Shown piece after piece: positions 1 to 8,807 of a DNA stretch of 43,983 nucleotides; position 1 is the first letter of the stretch; each line of letters begins with the position of its first letter. Under the pieces are notes generated by a model, which saw nothing but the letters and a program-made list of their open reading frames with translations, was not told where the DNA came from and did not search any database. The stretch lies in the IMG/VR virus record IMGVR_UViG_3300027571_000963, positions 1 through 43,983 of that record. One strand, written 5' to 3'. A program made the position numbers and the translations under genes. This DNA is from a virus (taxonomy: Duplodnaviria; Caudoviricetes).

Positions 1-815
1 GCATAACCGCCAACGTCTTGACCACGTGGATCGCTCTTTACAAGACGATCTAGTGCTGCTAGTGCTGCCGCAAAGAATTTATCGTTTTGTTTTGCTGCTA
101 GGGTTGCTGTATATTCATCACGGTTTACTGCTTCAAATATTTCATCATTTTTTGCAATATCTGCAATATGACGTAATGCACTAGTAATTTTTTGGCTCGT
201 ATTAGTAATGAAATTCAATGGTTTTAGATACTCATCTGGTACATCATCTTCCCCATATTCTTCTGCAATGGTTTTTTGTAATTTTAAGATTATAAAATCA
301 AGTTCGTCTATTGTACCATATGCATCATTTATACCTGATTTTATGTTTCTATATACCGGTGCCATGTCTGGTATGTCTTCGTCTAATTCTATAGCTTCTC
401 GTTCATCACTTGTATCACCAGTTACCTGATACTTTTTACCGTTTACAGTAAACTCTTTTTTACCTGCTTTAATAGCATTCATTCTGGCATCAGTAAATGG
501 ATTTGATTCACCCATAACAGCATTGTTGAGTTTTACACCTGCTTTGTCGGCAAGACGTTTCAACTTTAGCGCATACTTGCCAGTTTTCCAAGCCGCCTTC
601 AATGCTGCTACTGTAGTTTGTCCAACAACTGCCATAACGATAAGGTCTGCTAGTGGAGGCAGCGAAGACAAATCTTCCTCAACCTTTTCTTTATCTTCAG
701 CATCACGCTGTTGTTGTAGCTTGCGAGCATACTCTTCACGTTTCTTTTTATCGTCCAGAAACTTATTAATCTTAAATAGTGGGTTCTTGCCCTCATTAAA
801 TTCATTTATTTTCAT
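1..815 (-). CDS. Hypothetical, probable virion/head-internal protein (runs off the left window edge)
   Basis: Not in ORF track. Open frame from ATG 815 (MKINEFNEGKNPL...) to the window edge; ATGA overlap with the upstream small ORF. Confidence 0.7.
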   Translation of the reverse strand, partial: MKINEFNEGKNPLFKINKFLDDKKKREEYARKLQQQRDAEDKEKVEEDLSSLPPLADLIVMAVVGQTTVAALKAAWKTGKYALKLKRLADKAGVKLNNAVMGESNPFTDARMNAIKAGKKEFTVNGKKYQVTGDTSDEREAIELDEDIPDMAPVYRNIKSGINDAYGTIDELDFIILKLQKTIAEEYGEDDVPDEYLKPLNFITNTSQKITSALRHIADIAKNDEIFEAVNRDEYTATLAAKQNDKFFAAALAALDRLVKSDPRGQDVGGY

Positions 816-931
816 TTTTTATTTTCCCAGTATTCTCGCCAAAACATATTTCGATCATTTGTAGACATCCTCGCTGCTTCGTGTTCTTTAATCTTTGCTA
901 CATAAAACTCTACAAATGCGTCTGTATACAT
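812..931 (-). CDS. Small hypothetical protein, 39 aa (MYTDAFVEFYVAKIKEHEAARMSTNDRNMFWREYWENKK)
   Basis: Hand-translated; fills the gap between neighbours; ATGA-coupled to the ORF starting at 815. Confidence 0.6.
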   Translation of the reverse strand: MYTDAFVEFYVAKIKEHEAARMSTNDRNMFWREYWENKK

Positions 932-933
932 TT

Positions 934-1125
934 TTAATCCTCGCCAACTAATCCCATGTTGTATAACTTGTGGGTGTTATTACCTGCCAAGGCCTTGGGT
1001 CTGCCGTCGCCACCAAAAAACTTTTTAGCTTGGCGTTCAGTTTCACCAGGTTTAACGTCGACAGTAGTATTAACACCACTCACTATTCGACCCACACCTT
1101 CTGATATGATATCACTAATCTTCAT
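934..1125 (-). CDS. Small hypothetical phage protein (MKISDIISE N-terminus)
   Basis: TAAATA box at 1131-1136 directly upstream; in line with the operon. Confidence 0.7.
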   Translation of the reverse strand: MKISDIISEGVGRIVSGVNTTVDVKPGETERQAKKFFGGDGRPKALAGNNTHKLYNMGLVGED

Positions 1126-1137
1126 GTATGTATTTAT

Positions 1138-1773
1138 TTAAAATGTTTTTAAACTGGTATTAAAGAACTGGTCATTAACATAGTCAATGATTTCTGTCCA
1201 ATTTGGCAATGGTTTAAGTCCTAGAAATTCCAACATTTTATGGTATTCAGATTCATCCTTGTTTAGAATCTTTATCATATCAACAAAGCCATACTCAAAT
1301 GGGTGTACAGATTGAAAGATTTCAAATCTTTCAGGTATTTCTAAATTATATTCAGCATTTGTTCCTATCATAATAGGAATAGACTCATAATACAATACAT
1401 CTGATACTTCTGATATTTTCCAAATACGATCAAACATGGCGTCTGATTCAGGAGAATCTGGTATGGTAAATATCAGTATTTTTGATACGTTGCTGCCAAC
1501 ACCTATTGGTTTAAATTCCTCAGCGAAAATATCTGCCCATAAATCTGGTTCAGGGCGAAGTGATACTGCTAAAGATTTACTGCCATCATAATTTATTGAA
1601 GCAGTATATTCTTCAAAAGTATCACGCCCGTAGTACCATACTGTTTCAGTGTTTCCATATATACCATATGCTTCTATTTCGGCACAGAACATACCTTCAT
1701 GTCGGTTAACAAAATGTGTAAGTTGTCTAACGGGTGATCCACTATAACAACCCAAAATAAAAACTTCTGGCAT
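1138..1773 (-). CDS. Hypothetical protein, possibly degenerate sulfotransferase-like fold; paralog of 1777-2487
   Basis: Shares N-terminal VNxH and C-terminal Y-x-K...G-x3-PNWxE pattern with its neighbour. Confidence 0.55.
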   Translation of the reverse strand: MPEVFILGCYSGSPVRQLTHFVNRHEGMFCAEIEAYGIYGNTETVWYYGRDTFEEYTASINYDGSKSLAVSLRPEPDLWADIFAEEFKPIGVGSNVSKILIFTIPDSPESDAMFDRIWKISEVSDVLYYESIPIMIGTNAEYNLEIPERFEIFQSVHPFEYGFVDMIKILNKDESEYHKMLEFLGLKPLPNWTEIIDYVNDQFFNTSLKTF

Positions 1774-1776
1774 TAA

Positions 1777-2487
1777 TTACTCTTGTGTTGGATTTTCTGA
1801 ATCAGTCTTAAGTTCGAATATCATGTTACTGTTTAATTCTTCAGGATAAGTATTGTCAGTATCAGAGTTAGGAATATTAGGAATGTCGCTTAACATTTCT
1901 GCCCAATTTGGCATTTCTGGCGCACCGATATGTGCTGCTATTTTACTATATTCTTCAGAACTATGTGATTCTGGATCAGGGTTACCTAAGCTAAGAGTCA
2001 TAACGTCTATCATGTCTGGTTCAATTCCATGCTCTCTGAGAATATGGCCAATGACATCGTTATATCTTAAAATTTCTTCTTTAGTTTCTTCAAAGGTGTC
2101 TAGGTCATTCTGGAATTCCATAACCATATTAACAAAATCATTAAATTTTGGTGATTCTTCATATGAAGTAAAGACCAGTGCTTTTTTCAGTCCTGCTTCA
2201 GCAATTAGCGCATTGAAATTAAATTCATTTGATACATCAGCCCACAATAGGTCACAACTAAAATGTAATCCAAACGCCAGCTTATTTACCCATACTTGCT
2301 CTTCTAAGTCATGTTTAGCAAGAAATGCATCAAACGTTTCAATAACGTCTGGGTCTTCTTCTGTGCAACGTAGCATTGAAATACTGGTTCCCTCAGTATC
2401 TGGAAAGTCTGCATGTTGGTTTACGTACCAAACCATATCTTCAAGTGTCTTCAAGTGCATTGACGCACATAAAATATATTCTCTCAT
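1777..2487 (-). CDS. Acidic hypothetical protein, paralog of 1138-1773
   Basis: WYVNQH and YSKIAAHIGAPEMPNWAEML match the neighbour; TAATG coupling with the upstream gene. Confidence 0.55.
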   Translation of the reverse strand: MREYILCASMHLKTLEDMVWYVNQHADFPDTEGTSISMLRCTEEDPDVIETFDAFLAKHDLEEQVWVNKLAFGLHFSCDLLWADVSNEFNFNALIAEAGLKKALVFTSYEESPKFNDFVNMVMEFQNDLDTFEETKEEILRYNDVIGHILREHGIEPDMIDVMTLSLGNPDPESHSSEEYSKIAAHIGAPEMPNWAEMLSDIPNIPNSDTDNTYPEELNSNMIFELKTDSENPTQE

Positions 2488-4112
2488 TATCCGAATTCCT
2501 TATCTCCAAAATTCGCAGCACTAAACTCTAGTCGGTCGACGAGCTTTACTGCATTACCTAGATGGTCAATTGCAACATAACCTTCTGGTGATGTCACTTT
2601 GTAGCTTCCGTCTCCTTGCTGCAAGAAGCTCTCGATACTACCAATGCCGCGTAGTTTTTTAACAATTAATAATTTTGCGGCAATAATTCTCATATACAAA
2701 CCATACATAGCGACAAGTTGTGCAGTATTGTCGTTGACCCATTGAACGGCTTGTTCTGTTGCTTGTGCAAGACGTTGCCCTGCTGCACCTTCTGGACCAG
2801 TTTTTAGTCCAGACATTTTTTTCGCTGCTTTTTCATTGACACGCTTTACAAAGTCAGCGACGAATTTCTGTGGATCCTGTTCGAAACTACCACCACGCAC
2901 ATAACTGTTGATATGTGCTTTTAGTTCAACACCAATACTTTGGATTGGACTATTACTTAATATGCCAAATGTGCGATCATCAAGTGCGCCTAGATAACTT
3001 TCAGCATCTGCAATGGCTTTACGCAGTGCAGCATCTTCCTGTGTTGTTAATGTAGCAACACCCGTCAAGTCTTTGTAGTAAGCATCGTCAACAAAGATGC
3101 CGGGCGCATTTTTAAACTTGTCAACATTAACGTCAAAACTTGCACTCATGTCAGCTAATGTTTCACCGCCACTGTAACGTGTATGGAAAATAATACCCAT
3201 TGCACTGTTTTGAATACGTGTTGCTAGATCACTGCCTAATGGTACTGCGTATGTAATGGTGTTTGGCTTAAATGCTACGTATGAATCACCAGCAATATCA
3301 ACTGTTTTTAAACTGTCTGGAGTAAACAATAGATCGCCTTGCATAACGCCCTCTATGCCTAGCTTGCTTAGGCTAGTAAACGCAATTTTTAGTTTGTTAC
3401 GTAGATTTGCACGATCGCCTTGTTCCTGTTGATCTGGGAAGAACTGTTCAACATCTTGCACTGATTTGATTAGCTTTGGACTTTTAGCAAACACGCCCTT
3501 GGTGCCTACAAAGAACTTGCCATCTTCTGGATCAATACCACAAATAATTGCTGGTGCGCCATCCCACTTAACGGTAACGTTTGTTCCTTTACCACCGTGT
3601 CCTTGTAACATACTCTCTAAACTTTTTAGGTAAGCGATAGTGCGCTGTGCTCCATCATGGCCAGCATTAATAATTTCATCTTCCAAATGCTCAAGGTGTG
3701 TATTTTTACCTTCAGCTTCCATGACACTTTCAACAGGAAACTCTTTGTTTGGTGTACGGAAGTTCTTTTTGCGCATTACAGTCTTGGCTACCAGTTCAAG
3801 CATACCGCTTCCCTTGTTCCAGTTTAGCGCGAAGGGAATATTAATATCGCTAGATAAGTCCTTCATAACGGCTTCAGCATCTGGGCCAAGACGTGCAATG
3901 GGTTTACCCCATTTCATAAATTCTTTTTTAAATAGCTGTCCAAGCTCACTAAGTGTAATTTGTTTAATGTTACGTTCATCATTAACACGGTCTAGGAAGT
4001 GTCGTGTAAATTCAACATCAATTCCTAGTTGAGAAAATACTCGATCCAACACTTTTTCAAGTGCATCAAGTTGTGGCTGTGTTACTGGAGTGTCTACTTC
4101 TGTAATTCTCAT
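2487..4112 (-). CDS. DUF6267-like ligase-superfamily (KxDG) protein with an extra N-terminal domain
   Basis: KNTHLEHLED, KWDGAPA (motif I), QGDLLF, EGYV, VKLVDR; N-terminal FTRHFLDRVND domain. Confidence 0.65.
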   Translation of the reverse strand: MRITEVDTPVTQPQLDALEKVLDRVFSQLGIDVEFTRHFLDRVNDERNIKQITLSELGQLFKKEFMKWGKPIARLGPDAEAVMKDLSSDINIPFALNWNKGSGMLELVAKTVMRKKNFRTPNKEFPVESVMEAEGKNTHLEHLEDEIINAGHDGAQRTIAYLKSLESMLQGHGGKGTNVTVKWDGAPAIICGIDPEDGKFFVGTKGVFAKSPKLIKSVQDVEQFFPDQQEQGDRANLRNKLKIAFTSLSKLGIEGVMQGDLLFTPDSLKTVDIAGDSYVAFKPNTITYAVPLGSDLATRIQNSAMGIIFHTRYSGGETLADMSASFDVNVDKFKNAPGIFVDDAYYKDLTGVATLTTQEDAALRKAIADAESYLGALDDRTFGILSNSPIQSIGVELKAHINSYVRGGSFEQDPQKFVADFVKRVNEKAAKKMSGLKTGPEGAAGQRLAQATEQAVQWVNDNTAQLVAMYGLYMRIIAAKLLIVKKLRGIGSIESFLQQGDGSYKVTSPEGYVAIDHLGNAVKLVDRLEFSAANFGDKEFG

Positions 4113-4333
4113 TTATCTTTATCCATTGGTTTTTCGCCTGTCAGATAAGGCTTTGAGAACCAGAGCTTAAACCACTCAGGAGTTCCTGGCCTAATGTTTT
4201 TCTCACGCTGATAGCGGCCCTTTTCAGAACCAACAATACTAATGTTTGACTCATCGTCACCGTCAACAGTATTGCCTTCTTTGTCAATAATACCAGCTAA
4301 CCGTTTTAATTTATAGATTTCGTCTATTTTCAT
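4109..4333 (-). CDS. Small hypothetical phage protein (IRPGTPEWFKLWFS)
   Basis: TAAATA at 4357-4362, RBS, ATGA overlap with the downstream gene. Confidence 0.75.
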   Translation of the reverse strand: MKIDEIYKLKRLAGIIDKEGNTVDGDDESNISIVGSEKGRYQREKNIRPGTPEWFKLWFSKPYLTGEKPMDKDK

Positions 4334-4359
4334 GGCGATATACCCTTTACTATGGGTAT

Positions 4360-4587
4360 TTATGCTGATTCAATATAATCGCCAAATTTTAGTTTGAACA
4401 GCATTGCGTCTTCTGAATCTTCCAGGAAAATAGTTAGTTCAGGAAAATTGTATTCATAGTAGCCAGTACTACTGTTATGAAGCCACGTGGCCATTTCTTT
4501 CTCAATTGTTCTATTTCTGTCAAGTTGACCATAGCGATCAATACGTATCTTGTCCCGTATATTAAATGTCCAACCTGGGCGTCTCAT
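4360..4587 (-). CDS. Hypothetical protein with C-terminal DAMLFKLKF motif
   Basis: ORF coupled by TAATG to the upstream gene. Confidence 0.65.
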   Translation of the reverse strand: MRRPGWTFNIRDKIRIDRYGQLDRNRTIEKEMATWLHNSSTGYYEYNFPELTIFLEDSEDAMLFKLKFGDYIESA

Positions 4588-5288
4588 TATTGTTTATACG
4601 TGCTTATTTGTTTGACGATTGCTTCTTGATCTTCAAGAGTTTTACCTAGTGGTTGTGATAGCCAAAATTCTATATCATCCAGCGAACGTATATCAACAGT
4701 TAATTTTCTATTAACCAATTCTTCTGTAAGTCTTAATCTAAGTATAGATTCATTCAATGCATGATATAATTTTAAAATTTTTTTAATTTGCGTTATATTT
4801 TCAATTTTGGCATCGAATGCATTATACAGTTTTTCTATTTCTCCATCATCACACAATTCAAATAATTTGTAATAATCTATGTTAACTGCAAAATTAAGAT
4901 AGCCGTTCTCCGGATATATAGTTTTAATATCGTCTTCTGGTAATGCAACCGTTTTTATTTTATATAGCAGTCCAACATATGCTTCCACGAAAACATTAGG
5001 AGCAAATACATTAACTACACGAACATTATCTAAATTTAAAGTTGCTTGATTCATGACATGACTTTGCATAACATGTCCATGTGGCATTTCGTTTAGTAAT
5101 TTTTGCTGCTTGTCAAAGTCTTGAGCGATTTTAAACGTACGATATTTTAATACAGAATGTGATCCATGTCCCCATAGATTCAATCTAGGAAGCATAAATG
5201 TTTCAGCGTCTATATTTTTTGCCAAAAACATCAGTGCTAGCAAGAAATCTCCGCCGGCTCCGCTTGGCCAATTTAATATATATTTCAT
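4587..5288 (-). CDS. Divergent sulfotransferase/P-loop-like hypothetical protein
   Basis: N-terminal ILNWPSGAGGDFL glycine-rich loop after the first strand. Confidence 0.5.
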   Translation of the reverse strand: MKYILNWPSGAGGDFLLALMFLAKNIDAETFMLPRLNLWGHGSHSVLKYRTFKIAQDFDKQQKLLNEMPHGHVMQSHVMNQATLNLDNVRVVNVFAPNVFVEAYVGLLYKIKTVALPEDDIKTIYPENGYLNFAVNIDYYKLFELCDDGEIEKLYNAFDAKIENITQIKKILKLYHALNESILRLRLTEELVNRKLTVDIRSLDDIEFWLSQPLGKTLEDQEAIVKQISTYKQ

Positions 5289-5654
5289 CTACTGTTTATA
5301 GGCACTAACTTGTTTAATTTTGCCATTGTCAAAAGTCAGTACATCAATTACGTTTAGCGTAAATTCTTGTTCTTTACTAAACACCTGAATACGTGCAAAC
5401 AGTTTGCGTGTTTCAGGATTAAATGCCGTATGCTTGATACGAATTTTAATATCAGGAACAGCCGCCCAGATATTTGCGTTTGCACCAATCACGCTGTCAC
5501 GACCAGTGACTTCTACTTCCCAGTCGCGCAGTGTCACGTTTTCGTCAAACATAAGACCAAGTTCATATGTGTCACGATCGTTCCAGGCAGCAATGTATGC
5601 GTTAAATATGTCGTTTGCTGAATTATTCATTACTCTTTTTATCCATTCACTCAT
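5289..5654 (-). CDS. SnoaL/NTF2-like domain protein
   Basis: YIAAWNDRD...FDENV...GRDSV...DVLTFDNGKI pattern. Confidence 0.8.
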   Translation of the reverse strand: MSEWIKRVMNNSANDIFNAYIAAWNDRDTYELGLMFDENVTLRDWEVEVTGRDSVIGANANIWAAVPDIKIRIKHTAFNPETRKLFARIQVFSKEQEFTLNVIDVLTFDNGKIKQVSAYKQ

Positions 5655-6227
5655 TTACCAAATTCTCAATTCTTCAATATTGATTGGTGTATAATTAATT
5701 TGTTCTACACATACACAACGATAAGGGCCTGTTGGGCTAGGATTGCTGTGTATATGTCCATGTATATTTAATACAGTCGTCCATGCGTCCATATCATCCT
5801 TGTCAACTGGGGTATCACCATCTGATTTTTTGGGACGAAGTAGGCTACCTTCGTGCAGCGGTACGTGACTGAACAGTAGGCCGAATTCCATGAAAGGACG
5901 CCATAGTTCCACTTTGCTAAACCAACCACCACGTGCCAGCATTTTAATGTCATCGTGATTACCTACAACCAAACGTTTTTGTCCGTGCAACTTGGGCCAG
6001 TTCTTTTTCATCCAACCTTCAGGATCTGGACCCATTACGACATCCCCCAAGTGATAAACTTTATCACCTGGCTTCACTACACTGTTCCAGTTGTCCATCA
6101 TCATTTCGTCCATGTGTTCTACATCACGAAATCCAGGACGGGTCAACTCCCCTGTCCAGTCTGTGAACTTTAGCATATTGGCATGATTAAAATGGGTGTC
6201 ACTGATTACCCAAATATCTCTACCCAT
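5655..6227 (-). CDS. Calcineurin-like metallophosphoesterase
   Basis: DTH, GD, GNHD, H and GHIH motifs. Confidence 0.92.
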   Translation of the reverse strand: MGRDIWVISDTHFNHANMLKFTDWTGELTRPGFRDVEHMDEMMMDNWNSVVKPGDKVYHLGDVVMGPDPEGWMKKNWPKLHGQKRLVVGNHDDIKMLARGGWFSKVELWRPFMEFGLLFSHVPLHEGSLLRPKKSDGDTPVDKDDMDAWTTVLNIHGHIHSNPSPTGPYRCVCVEQINYTPINIEELRIW

Positions 6228-7309
6228 TAACGTGCTGCCTCCTCGAACGGTATACTAGCCAAGTTTTTACACTTTGCCTCTACCATGATGTCGAATGCAT
6301 CTCTAAATGTTCCAGCCCATTCGTTGACTGCGGTGTTCCACATGTAGTCGCTGTGTGCGCGAAGTTTTGCCTTTTTAAATCCTCGACTAAGCAAGGATCC
6401 AAAGTCTGGACGGACGTCTGTTGCTTCGCCGGCCAGTAGATCCTCTCTAGATACGCTGTAGTGAATAACGGGACGCACACCGCGCCAGCTATCAATAATG
6501 TGTTTAACCCTATCGTCCGTTGGTTCAATGTATTCTCCTCCACTGTGGCACCAATGATGATGAATGTCTAGAACCAATGCTACATCAGATGCTAGTTCTA
6601 GGCTTGCGTCGAGTCCCCACGAGTTTTCGTCGTTCTCGATAGTAATAGTGTTTCGTGCTTCTGTAGACAGTCTTGGAAGGACTGCTTTGATACCGGCTGG
6701 ACCTTGTCTACCGGAGATGTGGACGTTACACTTGAAGTCTTGCCAACTTTTACCGTAGCCCATCCACCTGATGAGATCCGCATGGTATTCAAACTCCTCT
6801 ATGCTATTATTTACAATTTCTGGATTATCGCTAGCCAACACAGTAAACTGCCCAGGGTGCATAGACAGGCGTACATCAAGGCTACGAGCGACTTCGCCCA
6901 CATTCGCGTATGCTCGCTGGAGCCGTTCCTGGATATCTGACTGCCTATAAAAATAAGACCAGCTACGCTCAGTATAAGCAGGAAGCTGATTGGACCCAAT
7001 GCGGACCATACGTTGCTCTGGAGGGAGGCTACCGACATAACGAATCATCCTTTCGAGTGCTGTAACATTGTGTAGTGAAATATCGTACAGACGCTCTTCA
7101 GCTACATCACGTGGCTGTCTATTCAACCATGTAATAGTAGTACTGCGTTCACTGTATTCACGTTGGATCTCCTCAAGTAATTTTTTCTTGAGGCTTTGAT
7201 CCGGATGCATATATTTGCAGGCAAAGCCTACACGGTGTACGTTTTGATTAAACATTTTTTGTCCGTGTGGAAAGTGACAAAGTCCGGGTTCTGTTACGAC
7301 ACAGTTCAT
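6227..7309 (-). CDS. uvsE: UV-damage endonuclease (UvsE/UVDE family)
   Basis: RLSMHPGQF, IENDE, LDIHHH, AHSD, MVEAK motifs; RBS AGGAG and sigma70 promoter upstream. Confidence 0.92.
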   Translation of the reverse strand: MNCVVTEPGLCHFPHGQKMFNQNVHRVGFACKYMHPDQSLKKKLLEEIQREYSERSTTITWLNRQPRDVAEERLYDISLHNVTALERMIRYVGSLPPEQRMVRIGSNQLPAYTERSWSYFYRQSDIQERLQRAYANVGEVARSLDVRLSMHPGQFTVLASDNPEIVNNSIEEFEYHADLIRWMGYGKSWQDFKCNVHISGRQGPAGIKAVLPRLSTEARNTITIENDENSWGLDASLELASDVALVLDIHHHWCHSGGEYIEPTDDRVKHIIDSWRGVRPVIHYSVSREDLLAGEATDVRPDFGSLLSRGFKKAKLRAHSDYMWNTAVNEWAGTFRDAFDIMVEAKCKNLASIPFEEAAR

Positions 7310-7336
7310 GACATACTCCTAAATGATTATATTACC

Positions 7337-7365
7337 AATATATAGTAATATATCTTGCCTGTCAA
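7337..7365 (-). promoter_or_regulatory. sigma70-type promoter for uvsE
   Basis: TTGACA-17 nt-TATATT. Confidence 0.7.
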
Positions 7366-7925
7366 GATTTATTTCGCATTACCCATTGTATAATTTCAGC
7401 ATCAGTAAAACTTGGTGATCTACGATGGTTTTCTGGTAGCATGTCCCAACTACGCAATGCTGGGTGTATCTTATTGTTGTTGCTGAAATACGGACCATGT
7501 CGCCAGCCTTCATTCACCATGCTGTCAACCCAACGATTGTGATTCCATTTGCTCATCTCTGCTATCGCTTGAGTCTTTGTTTCTTCATCTACACTAAGTT
7601 CCATATCAGTGTTACCAAGCATACCCGCATCGTAGTTGCTACTTAGTTCAATATCAAAGTCACCATCGTATAAGTATTCCCATGCCTGTACAATAAATGC
7701 TGCTTCTGTTTCTGTTAAATTGCGAACTAGCGGTACAACATATGTGTGTTGAAATTCACAATCATCACATATACCGTACTCCATAGCAATAAAGTTTCCT
7801 CCCATCTGATAACTGTATGTTATATTTTCAGGCCCAAAACTTTTCACTGTCTGATACCATTGTTTTGCAGACACGGCGTCTAGCATTTCTGAAGTCTTTA
7901 GTTGTATGTGATTTTGATAAAACAT
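7362..7925 (-). CDS. RyR-domain-containing protein
   Basis: HNRW...EGWRHGP...KIHPALRSWDMLPE matches the RyR repeat signature. Confidence 0.75.
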   Translation of the reverse strand: MFYQNHIQLKTSEMLDAVSAKQWYQTVKSFGPENITYSYQMGGNFIAMEYGICDDCEFQHTYVVPLVRNLTETEAAFIVQAWEYLYDGDFDIELSSNYDAGMLGNTDMELSVDEETKTQAIAEMSKWNHNRWVDSMVNEGWRHGPYFSNNNKIHPALRSWDMLPENHRRSPSFTDAEIIQWVMRNKS

Positions 7926-7938
7926 TGATAATCCTTTT

Positions 7939-8352
7939 TTAACCGTGTGGGTTTTCCGTTATGTCGTCGTCATCAATTGGAGCAATTGCTGGCTCTGTTG
8001 TTCTTGATCTATTTGACTGCCTTCTAGTACTATTAGTTGATCTTGCTGCAACTGTTGGTGTTGTAGTTGATTGTACTACAATTGGTCCAGGGGTGATATT
8101 ACCACTATTTACATAAAGTCCAAACCATGCTGCACCTGCGCCAGTTACTACGCTTACAAGTCCAGCTTGTTCCATAGTTGGGTCTGGCAATGCCATAAAC
8201 CATTCTACTACACGATAGAACATATACATGTACATTGTAATGAATGCACGTGGAAATAGACGTAGTCTATCAAACCAATATGGGAATAATTCCCATTTAC
8301 TTATCGTTCCGTCTTTATTCAAATCCATTGGACCTAGATCTCGTATTGCCAT
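7939..8352 (-). CDS. Two-TM holin-like membrane protein with N-terminal EF-hand-like loop
   Basis: DLNKDGTISKWE loop; two hydrophobic helices; TAAATA at 8382-8387. Confidence 0.6.
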   Translation of the reverse strand: MAIRDLGPMDLNKDGTISKWELFPYWFDRLRLFPRAFITMYMYMFYRVVEWFMALPDPTMEQAGLVSVVTGAGAAWFGLYVNSGNITPGPIVVQSTTTPTVAARSTNSTRRQSNRSRTTEPAIAPIDDDDITENPHG

Positions 8353-8401
8353 AATGCATGTGTTACCCCCGTAATTATATGTATTTAGCTGATATCCATG
8401 G

Positions 8402-8427
8402 AAAAGCCCAGTGGAAACACTGGGCTT
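8402..8427 (-). terminator. Rho-independent terminator
   Basis: AAGCCCAGTG/CACTGGGCTT 10-bp stem with U-tract on the minus strand. Confidence 0.8.
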
Positions 8428-8454
8428 GGGCCACTCTCAGTTGGAGAGCAATTA

Positions 8455-8760
8455 TTACAGTGTTGCGTCTGCTACTGTAGCTGCTGCAAAAACACCGCCA
8501 ACTGCTTGTACTGCTGTTTCAAGTGTTGCTGCGTCCCATCCTGAGTTCTCAACATAAATGCGGAATGCGCCTGCATTGTATGCACCAATAGCTAGCGTAA
8601 TGCCACGCTTTTGTACTGCTTCTACAAATGCTTCCATGTCTTCGCCCGGTGCTACTTGTGCGTCTGCGCCTGCTGCATTTCCAATTAAATAAACGCTTAC
8701 TGGTGCGCCAAAGTTACCTACATTAAACCGGATAACGTTTGCTGGGTTACGTGTTGCCAT
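8455..8760 (-). CDS. Small Ala-rich late protein, probable virion component
   Basis: Own TAAATA box (8805-8810), AGGAG RBS and terminator. Confidence 0.6.
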   Translation of the reverse strand: MATRNPANVIRFNVGNFGAPVSVYLIGNAAGADAQVAPGEDMEAFVEAVQKRGITLAIGAYNAGAFRIYVENSGWDAATLETAVQAVGGVFAAATVADATL

Positions 8761-8807
8761 TATAATGACTCCTTTTTAAAAATCTGCGTTGTTACGCTTA
8801 TGCTTAT

